IMG/VR virus record: IMGVR_UViG_3300032319_000568 | Span: 15,607 to 79,606 of that record | Direction: 5' to 3' (one strand) | Source: a virus | Lineage: Duplodnaviria; Caudoviricetes | Length of the DNA: 64,000 bases | In this document: positions 20,373 to 30,415 of the stretch, piece by piece | Numbering within the stretch: the first letter of the stretch is position 1 | Layout: each line of letters starts with the position of its first letter | The notes under the pieces: generated by a model | What the model saw: the letters and a program-made list of their open reading frames with translations, nothing else | The model's database searches: none | Told to the model about the DNA's origin: nothing | Made by a program: the position numbers and the translations under genes

Positions 20373-20710
20373 TAGTGTTTAGATGAAGATAGTGGTTCTG
20401 TTGCTAGATCTACGTCTGTAGAAGCATAAAATACTTTACGTAACATTTCAGCTCTACTAGGAAATCCAGCATTTAAAAGTACTCTGTATGTATTAACAAT
20501 TTTTTCTTTGCTATTTTTTCTTTTTAAACTTTTAACAAACATGATGGGATTGACAAGAAAATCTTCTTCTGGTTCCAATTTATCAATCTTATTTTCAATA
20601 CATCTAGTACATGCTTCAATGTGTGGATCGTCAAAGATTTCTTCATTTACACTAACAGTCATAGACCAGTTAGCTGATTTTACTGTGTATTTATTGTTGT
20701 TTTTAGACAT
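20372..20710 (-). CDS. hypothetical protein
   Basis: 112-aa ORF, overlapping neighbours. Confidence 0.6.
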   Translation of the reverse strand: MSKNNNKYTVKSANWSMTVSVNEEIFDDPHIEACTRCIENKIDKLEPEEDFLVNPIMFVKSLKRKNSKEKIVNTYRVLLNAGFPSRAEMLRKVFYASTDVDLATEPLSSSKH

Positions 20711-23333
20711 AATTCATATCTCCATCGTTAAGTAAATCTAGGTTGGCTAACTTTTGATTTACACTGTTACATACTTTTTCTTCGACTGTGCCTGACACAA
20801 ACACAATCTTCTGTATACTTTTACTTTTTGCACTGTCACGCCATACTCTACCAGTTGCCTGTCTCATATTGACAGCTGAGTAAGACGGACTGATCAACGC
20901 TAAACGAGGATACTTACCAGTAACATCATGTAAACTCAAACCAGCACCCCCCGCAGCGAGATTTATCAATATAACCCGTTTTTTATCTGCCTGAAAATCG
21001 TCTATGTTTTGTTGACGAGCTTTTGCATATTTTGCTTCACCGTTAACAATACATTTAGTGTTCAATCGTTGACTGAGCGCTTCTATTGTCTCAGTGAAAT
21101 TACAGAACACAACAACGCTCATATTATTTTCTAGAGCTTCTTCTACCATTTCAACAAACAATGGTACCTTAATCATTTCTACAGACTGACGCATTCTTAA
21201 TATCGTTGTTAGTTCTGTTGACTTTTTATCTTTCTTGAGTAGTTTTTCAATCTTCAATAACTCAAGTTGCATTTCTTCATAAGCTGAATTAATTTTGTCT
21301 TGGTCTTCTTTGTCCATTTCATAACATTCAGCGATAATTTGACTTTCTGGGAAGTTGGGAATGGAATCACGATTAAGACGAACTCCTCTGTTAACAAATA
21401 TGTCATGGCTTAGTTTTTTTAAAGCATCTACATTACCACGAAACTCCATTCCAAATCTACCTTTTACAACACCGTGAGCATATGCCCATTCATAATACTG
21501 TTTATTATTCTTGAACAATTGAATACACTGTCCTACTGTACGTAGTTCAAGTGGATTAGTAGCCATAGTAGCACTACAAAACAACATTTTGTAACCTTGT
21601 TTGAGAGCTGCCATACACATTTCACTATTCTTGGTCTTTGCATTTTTTAGTTTTTGTGCTTCATCCCAAACAATGAGTGTGTTTTTGGGTATTTTCCAAA
21701 CAAATTCTTTGCGGTGGGTATCTCTACGTTTTATATATGATGCAAATATATTATCTGTTTTACCAGTGCGTAGAGCTTCATAGTTAATAACACCTACACA
21801 TTTACCCCATAACTTAAAATGGTTTTTAATAACACGTTTCCAACTTTCTTTAACTGCTTTAGGACATACAATCATTATGTCCATGTTTAATTCTCTGGCT
21901 ACGGCTGTAGCTGTATATGTTTTACCTGTATTATGAGTAACTGTAAAATCACCAAGAAGAAATCTACCATCGCCATCAAGTGAAAATCCATAAAAATCAT
22001 CATTTGACATAGATTCAACCGTAAATCCGTCAACCAACACATCTTTCTTTTGATTTCTTATATTTGCCTTTTTTCTTTGGATGCGGGTTGGAATTGTTTC
22101 ACAATTTCCGCTGATTGAAACATTGTAATAATCGCCCACAACGCCATTATTTGTACATTTCTTTTTGACTGATTTAATATATGCTGCAAAACCTAAAGAT
22201 CGTGATATAAACTCTACGTCTTTTGCAAGTTGATATGATTTACTAGTAAAATCATAACCCCCGTTTCTATAATAACCATCAGAATCCAATAAACCAGCAA
22301 GTATTTCTAATCTTTGATTTTTGTTGCAAATTTTATACTCCGTAGGAATAAATCTATCTTCACATTTGATTGGTAATAATCCCACATTCCGTAAATATTT
22401 AAATAATGTAGGTGCATTTGTTATTCGTTTTGTTATTGTTTCATTGGTGTTTCCCAATAACCAATTGTTTTTGTGAGATTCATCAATAATTGATTGCCAA
22501 CAAATATCGTCTATTGATGTGAACGTAACCACAGATGGTTGTGATAAACCACCATCACCTAACAATAGACCAATGAAGTATGGAGAAAATGGATGATTCT
22601 TGGTCGTCCAATTATCAACTCCCACACGAAATAGTTTCATGTGTTTTTTTACTGATAATGGTAATTTTAGATAATCAGACACTTTGATATCATATATTTC
22701 ATTAGGTTTATATCCACCAATTGATTTTTTAATAGAATGTAATTTGGTTATTTTTACAGTTAAAATGTGATTAATATTGACAATGAAGGAATCCCCTTTT
22801 GTAGGAACAATTTTCACCATCTGTTCATTTCCAGAACATAATGATGTCACTTTTTGAGGTCCATTCCATCCCATTATCACATCATTCACCACGATATTTT
22901 CTACCAATTTTATGGTTCCGTCAAACATCAATATAGGTTGTCCTTTTGCATGACATCCGACATCACTACCATCAACTGCAGCACCCCATTTTTTTAGTGA
23001 AGATACTATTTTACCTACAGCATCAACTTGCCATGGACGCAATCCATCTGGAGTTTTGACTTCGTATATTGGCAAAGTTTCGTCTGCTTTTTGTTTGGGT
23101 TTTTTTGGATCTTTGAATAACGTTGGATTATCATTGATTTGTGTTAGAACCCAGTTTTGTTCTCTTTTAACGACTCCGTAACCTTTACTTTTCAATTCCA
23201 ATTTGTTTACTTTCCAATAAGCAAAAAATTGATTTAGATAAATAGGATCAATTACCCATTCACGTTGAAATGTTACATCACCGTTTTTTTCGATTTGAAC
23301 TGGATCTGACCACTTGATATCCAAGTTAATCAT
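20703..23333 (-). CDS. SF2 (SNF2-like) helicase containing an intein
   Basis: LRPWQ, spliced Walker A DGSDVG|TGKT, WDEAQ, SAT, GGAGLSL, QATGRVWR. Confidence 0.92.
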   Translation of the reverse strand: MINLDIKWSDPVQIEKNGDVTFQREWVIDPIYLNQFFAYWKVNKLELKSKGYGVVKREQNWVLTQINDNPTLFKDPKKPKQKADETLPIYEVKTPDGLRPWQVDAVGKIVSSLKKWGAAVDGSDVGCHAKGQPILMFDGTIKLVENIVVNDVIMGWNGPQKVTSLCSGNEQMVKIVPTKGDSFIVNINHILTVKITKLHSIKKSIGGYKPNEIYDIKVSDYLKLPLSVKKHMKLFRVGVDNWTTKNHPFSPYFIGLLLGDGGLSQPSVVTFTSIDDICWQSIIDESHKNNWLLGNTNETITKRITNAPTLFKYLRNVGLLPIKCEDRFIPTEYKICNKNQRLEILAGLLDSDGYYRNGGYDFTSKSYQLAKDVEFISRSLGFAAYIKSVKKKCTNNGVVGDYYNVSISGNCETIPTRIQRKKANIRNQKKDVLVDGFTVESMSNDDFYGFSLDGDGRFLLGDFTVTHNTGKTYTATAVARELNMDIMIVCPKAVKESWKRVIKNHFKLWGKCVGVINYEALRTGKTDNIFASYIKRRDTHRKEFVWKIPKNTLIVWDEAQKLKNAKTKNSEMCMAALKQGYKMLFCSATMATNPLELRTVGQCIQLFKNNKQYYEWAYAHGVVKGRFGMEFRGNVDALKKLSHDIFVNRGVRLNRDSIPNFPESQIIAECYEMDKEDQDKINSAYEEMQLELLKIEKLLKKDKKSTELTTILRMRQSVEMIKVPLFVEMVEEALENNMSVVVFCNFTETIEALSQRLNTKCIVNGEAKYAKARQQNIDDFQADKKRVILINLAAGGAGLSLHDVTGKYPRLALISPSYSAVNMRQATGRVWRDSAKSKSIQKIVFVSGTVEEKVCNSVNQKLANLDLLNDGDMNYV
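21930..22955 (-). mobile_element. cis-splicing intein, 342 aa, with LAGLIDADG homing endonuclease
   Basis: starts CHAKGQPILMFDG, VNINHIL, LLLGDG and LAGLLDSDG motifs, ends FTVTHN followed by Thr. Confidence 0.95.
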
Positions 23334-23337
23334 AAAA

Positions 23338-23637
23338 TTAATCCCCCATTTCTTTACGATATTTCAAATTTCTGGCCATCTCATGTATGTTGGTACGAAC
23401 CATTCTACCGTCTTTTTTTAGAGCACCAACTTCGAAGTGTTCACTCATCATATTGGTAAAATTTACTCCTTGACGATCATCGTCGCCATGTCCGAGACAT
23501 TCCATCTCAAACATTAGTTCTTTACGGGTTTTACGAAGTTTTGTTCTACATAGATTTTCTAAATAACTGACCACTTCGTTTGTGTCAGTGAATGTAACCA
23601 CTTTGTCTATTGTTGTATCGTTGATATAGTAACTCAT
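23338..23637 (-). CDS. hypothetical protein
   Basis: 99-aa ORF with upstream TATTTAT motif. Confidence 0.65.
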   Translation of the reverse strand: MSYYINDTTIDKVVTFTDTNEVVSYLENLCRTKLRKTRKELMFEMECLGHGDDDRQGVNFTNMMSEHFEVGALKKDGRMVRTNIHEMARNLKYRKEMGD

Positions 23638-23695
23638 ATATTTCTTATATTACTATATAAATATATAACATACAACACTATTTAATATTATAATG

Positions 23696-24283
23696 TTAAT
23701 TAGAAGATATCGGCACAGACGAGTAAATATTACGTTCCGTTTGACTGCGTATGGTTTCAAAATAACTAATCAAATGATTGATTGTATGATCAGCCATGTC
23801 TTCTAACCAATCTTCAGGTTTAAATTCGGTTGTACTTATACCGCCGTGAATAGGCTTTAAATGTCCGTCTTGAAACTCTTGTCTTAAAAAATTGATTAAA
23901 TCTTTTTTAAGTTCTTGTTTTTGATCAATTACAAATATTTCACTCAATTCTTCTTTGTAACTTACTCTTACGGGAGATTGACCTTTACTACCACTGCCTT
24001 TTTCACCTCTACCTGCTTTATTTTGAGCAGACTTTTTTCTTTTAACCCAATTAGCAATTGCTTTTTTTCCACCTTTTGTTCTTAGTCTAGCAACATACTT
24101 TTTACCCAAACAAGCACTATAACTACTTCCTTGTTTAGCATCACCGCATTTACCGGCTTTTTTGCCACTACTATCATATCGATCCCAACCACCGCCAGAA
24201 CTACTGCCTGCTCCACTTTTGCCAAACCACGCACGTAATCCGCCACTGTAGGCTTCCGATAAAAATTTGTCGTATTGATTCAC
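23696..24283 (-). CDS. modular basic phage protein (GLRAWF..GGGW module)
   Basis: GTG start 24283 after ATATTTATT; Gly/Lys-rich module after FLSE. Confidence 0.65.
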   Translation of the reverse strand: MNQYDKFLSEAYSGGLRAWFGKSGAGSSSGGGWDRYDSSGKKAGKCGDAKQGSSYSACLGKKYVARLRTKGGKKAIANWVKRKKSAQNKAGRGEKGSGSKGQSPVRVSYKEELSEIFVIDQKQELKKDLINFLRQEFQDGHLKPIHGGISTTEFKPEDWLEDMADHTINHLISYFETIRSQTERNIYSSVPISSN

Positions 24284-24294
24284 AACAATAAATA

Positions 24295-24471
24295 TCAACT
24301 AGATTCGTTATTTTTATTAAAAATGTATCCTAGGTTTGTAAAAAACTTTTCTATTTTAGCTTTGTTGACACTTTTCTTTTTGGTTTCAGATAGATAAAAT
24401 TTGATTTCGGTGTCATCCAAAACCACTTCATTTCCGTTGATATTGATGGTGATGCTTTTGATTTTTTTCAT
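24295..24471 (-). CDS. small hypothetical protein (58 aa, not in ORF track)
   Basis: MKKIKSITININGNEVVLDDTEIKFYL..; fills intergenic gap in operon orientation. Confidence 0.5.
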   Translation of the reverse strand: MKKIKSITININGNEVVLDDTEIKFYLSETKKKSVNKAKIEKFFTNLGYIFNKNNESS

Positions 24472-24542
24472 AGTGGTGCAAAAAAAATATATAATCCGTT
24501 AAGATTATATATTTATGAATTTTAAAATTGTGTGATATTTGT

Positions 24543-25187
24543 TTAAACCCCCATCAAAAAGTGTTCCCAATCTTTGTGTTTTGCTTCTTTAATCAGAGCT
24601 GATACTGGAATTGGTTGTGGAATATTTGGTTGTTTGATCAACTTCAAACCAACTTCTGTATTCAGTCTATTACCTTTCTTAGAATTAATATCCCGTGAAC
24701 ATAACACAAGATTTGTCCAACTATCTTCACCACCCTTACTACGAGGTAGAATATGATCGACTGTAGCTAAATTACGCTCAATCTTTTTACCGGTGTATTG
24801 ACAAATGCCTTTATCACGGGTGTAGATTGCGTCTTTGCTAGGTTTTCCTCTAAATGACTTTACAGGCATTTTATTGAAATTAACAGCAATGATCACAGTC
24901 GGCACACGTACAGACATATGAGCTGAATTGATAACTAAATCCCACGGACGAATAGGCAGTTTCAACCATTCTGTCCAACTGATAGGATTCATATTCTTGG
25001 GAGCAGAAAGATTTGGCTCTCCATTCTCAAGCAACTCGTAATCAATATCCAACGCCAAACTAGAAGACTTACCATCGACTTCACCGCCACAAAGATCAAC
25101 AATTGCATCTTTTACGGTCTTGAAACCAATTGGTTGCCAGTTCGCATTTAGGTTTAAACAGATTAATTTATTAGCTATTGTGTTCAT
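24543..25187 (-). CDS. HNH endonuclease (McrA-like)
   Basis: LNLNANWQPI, CQYTG, TVDHILPRSKGGEDSWTNLV..NSKKGNR. Confidence 0.9.
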   Translation of the reverse strand: MNTIANKLICLNLNANWQPIGFKTVKDAIVDLCGGEVDGKSSSLALDIDYELLENGEPNLSAPKNMNPISWTEWLKLPIRPWDLVINSAHMSVRVPTVIIAVNFNKMPVKSFRGKPSKDAIYTRDKGICQYTGKKIERNLATVDHILPRSKGGEDSWTNLVLCSRDINSKKGNRLNTEVGLKLIKQPNIPQPIPVSALIKEAKHKDWEHFLMGV

Positions 25188-25200
25188 AACTATGCTATAA

Positions 25201-25533
25201 CTATACACCCCTTTTTATAAACGTCAACACATTTTCTTCTGGTTCTAAACTTTCATCCAATCTACCCTTGACAATTTCCAGATTACACATAAACCATTCG
25301 TTCTTGATCTCGGTAGCAAAGTATCTTAACTTTTCAGCTATTTTCTTTTCAGCGTCATAACAATCTGGATGATGAACATAATACTCAATCTTATAGTTAC
25401 GTAGTGGAGAAGATGTTTGATATGTACGTAATCGTGATTTTATATCATTAGTAACTCCTATTTTTATCCAACCTGGGAAGTTACAGTTACTAACGATATA
25501 TACGTATCCTTCTTTATCTCTAGATGATTTCAT
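25201..25533 (-). CDS. GIY-YIG (T5orf172-like) domain protein
   Basis: GYVYI..IKIGVT..RL..YQTSSP, NEWF. Confidence 0.8.
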   Translation of the reverse strand: MKSSRDKEGYVYIVSNCNFPGWIKIGVTNDIKSRLRTYQTSSPLRNYKIEYYVHHPDCYDAEKKIAEKLRYFATEIKNEWFMCNLEIVKGRLDESLEPEENVLTFIKRGV

Positions 25534-26119
25534 CAGCAAGTCCGTATTTAATAGCATCTTCCGCGTTTAGATAAAGATCACGTTTTAATAGTGTGTTTAA
25601 TTCATCTTCGGTAAATTTGGTATGTTTCAAATATATGCCTTTTACAACTTTCATTATCAAATCCATATTTTGTTTTTCATCGTTAAAGTCTTCATATGTA
25701 CCTTCAAACCAACTTCTTACTTGATGAATCAATAAAATAGTATTTTTACGTATGTATCGTTTATGACAACTTACACTAATAAGTGTAGAAGCACTTGCTA
25801 CTAATCCTTCTGCATATGAATGTATAGGCACTTTGGATGCTTGTATTCTATCTACAATACTTAAAGCACCGAATACTTCTCCACCATCACTGTTTATGTG
25901 CAATTTGATATGTGGGGTTTCTTGTAGATCAAATGTAATTTTAGCTATTAGTAATTGTCTAGCTAGATCACTTAGAGTTTTGTTTATCACCAATGCAGAT
26001 TCTACATTTACATCATTATAGAAGTACAACTCGTTATTGTCGATGACAGATACGAATTTTTGTTTATCTTGTGATACATCAGATATATCATCGTGGTTGA
26101 GCATTAATTTTTTGGTCAT
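25520..26119 (-). CDS. clpP: ClpP-like protease proteolytic subunit
   Basis: LHINSDGGEV, VASASTLI (Ser), LLIHQ (His), RDLYLNAEDAIKYGLADEI (Asp). Confidence 0.9.
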   Translation of the reverse strand: MTKKLMLNHDDISDVSQDKQKFVSVIDNNELYFYNDVNVESALVINKTLSDLARQLLIAKITFDLQETPHIKLHINSDGGEVFGALSIVDRIQASKVPIHSYAEGLVASASTLISVSCHKRYIRKNTILLIHQVRSWFEGTYEDFNDEKQNMDLIMKVVKGIYLKHTKFTEDELNTLLKRDLYLNAEDAIKYGLADEII

Positions 26120-26568
26120 ATATTTTTTAGTATGGTTCGTAACTCTTCGTCATCGACGAAATTAAAATCATTTTTATTTTTGGCTAAATCTTTGTGTAGT
26201 ACTTCTACAGATCCATCGTGGTTATAACCAACGTCAGTAGTATTTCCAGTTTGTTCACAAATATAACCGGATATAAATGTTGTATAATCAATCACAGATT
26301 CTGTATGTTGATTTCCCCCATCCGAATAAAACCTTAATGTGCCAAACTTTTGTTTTATTTGTCTAGCTATAACTTGTTTTACTGGTTGATAATATTGGGG
26401 ATTTGTTTTGGCCATTTCATTTTGTTGAGTAATATACATTTCTAGATATCGACTCAACCACAATAAAAGTCTAAACCAACCGTCATTACATTCGAATGAA
26501 AAGTCAGTTGGATATAATTCTGGAAACTTTTTCTTTAAATAACGTTGTAACTCAATTTTCATTGTCAA
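26116..26568 (-). CDS. conserved-type phage hypothetical protein
   Basis: FECNDGW..L, QIKQKFGTLRFY, ICEQTG. Confidence 0.7.
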   Translation of the reverse strand: MTMKIELQRYLKKKFPELYPTDFSFECNDGWFRLLLWLSRYLEMYITQQNEMAKTNPQYYQPVKQVIARQIKQKFGTLRFYSDGGNQHTESVIDYTTFISGYICEQTGNTTDVGYNHDGSVEVLHKDLAKNKNDFNFVDDEELRTILKNI

Positions 26569-26649
26569 TATATAGTTAACAGCTGTTACATTTTGTTATT
26601 GATTTTTTTTATATTTACACATTGATTATATTGCAGTATATTTATACGT

Positions 26650-26847
26650 ATGGATCTTACTATCAAAAGAAAGGGGTTAGTGAATGGTATTAAATTTGAA
26701 ATAAAAAATATTAATACTGTTCGTATATGGAAACCCGATGAAATATCTTTTGTTGAATTTAAAGATAGATGTGATTGTATTGTTAGATATTTAATAGACG
26801 AAGCTATATTCGATAAGAAAAACTGTAAAGTAGAAGTTGTTACTTGA
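26650..26847 (+). CDS. small hypothetical protein
   Basis: 65 aa; ATATTTATA upstream. Confidence 0.6.
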   Translation: MDLTIKRKGLVNGIKFEIKNINTVRIWKPDEISFVEFKDRCDCIVRYLIDEAIFDKKNCKVEVVT

Positions 26848-26870
26848 TTTGTGTTATATTTATAACATAT

Positions 26871-27230
26871 ATGATAGTCACAAATTTATTAACTTTACAC
26901 AACCAGTTAAAAATCCATCATTGGCAAACTAAAAGTTATGCTGAACATCAAGCTCTCGGTGGTGTATATGATGAGTTTTCCGATTTAATAGACGAATTTA
27001 TTGAAGTTTTCATGGGTAAATATGGGAGAATTGAAAGTAAAGATGGATTCAAAATCGAATTAGTTAATTACAAAGATATATCTTCAACCGATTTTGTGGA
27101 TAAATATGTTGATTTTTTAGTAAATGAACTTCCAAATTCTTTGAAAAAAACCGATACAGATCTGCTTAATATACGTGACGAAATGTTGGCTCAATTACAT
27201 AAACTAAAATATCTGTTAACATTATCATAA
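26871..27230 (+). CDS. ferritin/Dps-like four-helix protein (DUF5856-like)
   Basis: HHWQT..YAEHQALG..YD..IDEFIEVFMG; start reassigned to 26871. Confidence 0.8.
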   Translation: MIVTNLLTLHNQLKIHHWQTKSYAEHQALGGVYDEFSDLIDEFIEVFMGKYGRIESKDGFKIELVNYKDISSTDFVDKYVDFLVNELPNSLKKTDTDLLNIRDEMLAQLHKLKYLLTLS

Positions 27231-27313
27231 TATGCCATACGAATACCACGATGATGTAATTAATATTATTAATTGGGATATGACTGTTATTAATAAAGAA
27301 ACTGTACTCTAAT

Positions 27314-27682
27314 ATGGATAAATTAAATAAATACACAATTTTTAAATTTATTAAGTTTGTTAGTGATGAATTATCATTAAATAAACCATTCAAAGTCAAG
27401 TTGGTAAAACAACGAGATGATGATTTACGAACATATGCATATTACAATCAAACAAATGGAGATGTTAAAGTTTATTGTAAAGATAGAGGATTAGCAGATG
27501 TTTTGCGTAGTATAGCACACGAACTAATTCACCACCAACAAAATGAGACAGGTAAATTAGAAATACCAGCACAAGATGTCGGTGGTGAAATTGAAGATGA
27601 AGCAAACAGTGTTGCTGGTCAATTAGTTAAAAAGTTTGGATATGCTAATCCGAAATTAGCTATATACACAAAAACTTTATAA
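27314..27682 (+). CDS. zinc metallopeptidase-like protein
   Basis: SIAHELIHH.Q (HExxH) plus IEDEAN. Confidence 0.7.
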   Translation: MDKLNKYTIFKFIKFVSDELSLNKPFKVKLVKQRDDDLRTYAYYNQTNGDVKVYCKDRGLADVLRSIAHELIHHQQNETGKLEIPAQDVGGEIEDEANSVAGQLVKKFGYANPKLAIYTKTL

Positions 27683-28591
27683 GTAACTTTTTATTGTTTT
27701 TGTAAGTAATTCTTCAAACTTATATAGATTATTTTCACTCATTTCTAAACCGTCGTACTCGGTATGTCCTTTTCTGTCTTCTATATATTCAAACCAATCG
27801 TCAACAATAATATCTCCTGTTAATTTTGTGTATATATTTTTTATTTTATGTATTAAATCATAATTACTGATACAATTTTCTCCTAATATAAGGTGTCTTG
27901 ATTGATCTGTTTGGTTAAATAATATTTCGGTTATTTTATTAACGTGATCTTCTACATATAACCAATTACGAATGTTTTTACCTGTACCGTATAATTTGAT
28001 TTTATTTTTGTTTTTTAAATTACTAACACACATAGGTATAAATTTATCGGTCGGTTGTCTGGGTCCGAAATTAGTACTACAATTAGTTGTTATTACATTT
28101 AATCCATAACAATCAGAATAATATTGGCAAAAAAATTCATTTGTCATTTTACATATCGCATACGGATTTTTCGGTTGATAATTTAATTTCGACTTCGAAA
28201 CCGAGTTTCCAAATACTTCACTTGTAGATATATTTATTATTTTTTTAACATTTGAATCTTTAAAACACTCTAATAAATTCACTAAACTCGGTATGTTTGA
28301 TTTTACAAATAAATTTGGATATTTTATGGAATCGTCTATATTACTATACGAAGCAAAATGTACTATAAAATCCAGCTCAAGATTTAATAACATCTTTTTA
28401 TTATCCGTGAAACTTTCTTCTGATATATCTAAGTTGTATTCTTTGTATTTTTTACTATAATGGTGTGGTAAAGGTGTTGAACTCTGTTTACGACTTATAT
28501 TGTGTATAGAAGACACATTTTTATTGTTTATATTTTTTTCAATAAAATGTGATCCTATAAAACCGTTTCCTCCTGTAACTAGTATGTTCAT
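27677..28591 (-). CDS. RmlB-like NAD-dependent epimerase/dehydratase (divergent paralog)
   Basis: TGGNGFIG, HFAS, ISTSEVFG (Asp of TDE replaced), YAICK, TNFGPRQ, RNWLYVEDH. Confidence 0.85.
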   Translation of the reverse strand: MNILVTGGNGFIGSHFIEKNINNKNVSSIHNISRKQSSTPLPHHYSKKYKEYNLDISEESFTDNKKMLLNLELDFIVHFASYSNIDDSIKYPNLFVKSNIPSLVNLLECFKDSNVKKIINISTSEVFGNSVSKSKLNYQPKNPYAICKMTNEFFCQYYSDCYGLNVITTNCSTNFGPRQPTDKFIPMCVSNLKNKNKIKLYGTGKNIRNWLYVEDHVNKITEILFNQTDQSRHLILGENCISNYDLIHKIKNIYTKLTGDIIVDDWFEYIEDRKGHTEYDGLEMSENNLYKFEELLTKTIKSYL

Positions 28592-28634
28592 AATATTGGT
28601 GTCGTTGACTTAAATCTTCTTTTTATTAAAAATA

Positions 28635-29591
28635 TTATAAGTAACTTTGCACCGTATCTTTAAGTGATTGTCTGAAGTTACTTAACCTAAAGTCGGGGAA
28701 TTCTTGTTTTAGATCCCAGTTATTTATAGCGTATCTGTAATCGTGTCCTTTACGATCTTCTACATGTTTGTACCATTCCCAATCAACCTTGGTTTGTGTT
28801 AGTTCTTCATATACATCTTTAATCGTCTGTATTATATCTATATTAGATATTTCATTGTCCCCCCCGATCAAATACTGTTTTCCAACTATACCATCTTGTA
28901 TAACACGTACAATTGCGTTAACGTGATCTTTAACATAGATCCAGTCACGTACATTTTCACCGGTACCATACACGGGTATAGCTTCTTTAGATTTTAACTT
29001 ATTAATCGCTAATGGAATAAGTTTCTCTGGAAACTGTCTAGGACCAAAGTTGTTACTACAATTAGTAATAATCGCTGGAAATTTATATGTTTTAACATAA
29101 CTTCTCACCAGTAAATCAGCCGCGGCTTTGCTTGCCGCATATGGACTATTGGGTCTATAAGGACTATCTATATCAAACGGGTTATCTTTTATATTCAAAC
29201 TACCAAACACTTCATCTGTTGATATATGAATAAATTTTTCAATGTTGATTTGTTTAAAACTTTCTAGTAAGTTGAAAGTACCAATTATGTTTGTATCAAT
29301 AAACTTTTTTGGACCTGAAATAGAATTATCTACATGTGATTCCGCTGCAAAATGTACTACGTAATCTAGATTTAATGATTCAAAATAGTTTTTGTAACTT
29401 ACAAAGTTTGCGGCCGCAATGTCCATTGTTAACTTTTGATATCGGATGTCTTTATCAAATGATAGATTCTTGTTTGCTGCATATGTATTTGAATCAAGGT
29501 TATACAACTTATTTACATCACTTCTTTTCAGAAACTCTTCAATGAAATGACTTCCTATAAATCCACTTCCTCCTGTTACTAATATATTCAT
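28635..29591 (-). CDS. rmlB: dTDP-glucose 4,6-dehydratase
   Basis: TGGSGFIG, HFAAESHVDNSI, HISTDEVFG, PNSPYAASKA, NCSNNFGPRQFPEKLIP, RKGHDYRYA. Confidence 0.95.
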   Translation of the reverse strand: MNILVTGGSGFIGSHFIEEFLKRSDVNKLYNLDSNTYAANKNLSFDKDIRYQKLTMDIAAANFVSYKNYFESLNLDYVVHFAAESHVDNSISGPKKFIDTNIIGTFNLLESFKQINIEKFIHISTDEVFGSLNIKDNPFDIDSPYRPNSPYAASKAAADLLVRSYVKTYKFPAIITNCSNNFGPRQFPEKLIPLAINKLKSKEAIPVYGTGENVRDWIYVKDHVNAIVRVIQDGIVGKQYLIGGDNEISNIDIIQTIKDVYEELTQTKVDWEWYKHVEDRKGHDYRYAINNWDLKQEFPDFRLSNFRQSLKDTVQSYL

Positions 29592-30415
29592 AATAATGTT
29601 TTGATACCTTCGTAAATGTTTATTTGTTGTTTAAATCCCAAATTGTTTAGTTTACTGACATCGAGATACATGTCCTTTACTTGTACAAGTTTGTGAAACT
29701 CCACAGCATCAATAGCAGTAACTTTGCTTGATGAATTTGTTTCTTTTATAACAAAATCGATAACTTCTCTGAATTTTTGTGGAATACCACTACCAATATT
29801 AATAATCCGATTATACTCCCCCAGATTTATTACAGAATAAACTGCTTTACAAACGTCGTCAACATGCATATAATCTCTAATAAAATCTCCATCATAATAT
29901 AACTTAATTTCGTTATTAGATTTAATCTCGTTAATTAAATACTGTAAAGCATTCTTTTGTTTCGAAACTCCACTATCAGACGGACCATATACATTACACA
30001 ATCGTAAGATTCGATATTTGATCTTAAAAGTTTCACAATAACTTATAATCATATCTTCAGCACATCGTTTAGTAATACTATAAAATCCCTTCGGTTTACA
30101 TAACGAATCTTCTTTCGCTGGTAATTCTACATCACCATATACAAACCAACTACTAACAAAGTTAAAAACAACGTTCTTATCTTTACAATTTTGCAATACA
30201 TTTAATAATTTCGTTAGATTTGTATCTACATCTTTGTGAATATTGTCAAATACGTGATAATTATGTGTAGTACTAATCATGTACAATACATTATCATGTA
30301 TAGGAACATTGTCTTCTCTATCATGTATATGTGTATATTCATCATAAAGTTTTTTAAAGTTACTGCCAACAAATCCAGTACCACCAAATAAATCAATTTT
30401 CATATTTTTCAACAA
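29588..30415 (-). CDS. NAD-dependent epimerase/dehydratase family protein
   Basis: GGTGFVG, SSWFVYG, YSITK, RLCNVYG, RDYMHVDD. Confidence 0.9.
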   Translation of the reverse strand: MLKNMKIDLFGGTGFVGSNFKKLYDEYTHIHDREDNVPIHDNVLYMISTTHNYHVFDNIHKDVDTNLTKLLNVLQNCKDKNVVFNFVSSWFVYGDVELPAKEDSLCKPKGFYSITKRCAEDMIISYCETFKIKYRILRLCNVYGPSDSGVSKQKNALQYLINEIKSNNEIKLYYDGDFIRDYMHVDDVCKAVYSVINLGEYNRIINIGSGIPQKFREVIDFVIKETNSSSKVTAIDAVEFHKLVQVKDMYLDVSKLNNLGFKQQINIYEGIKTLL

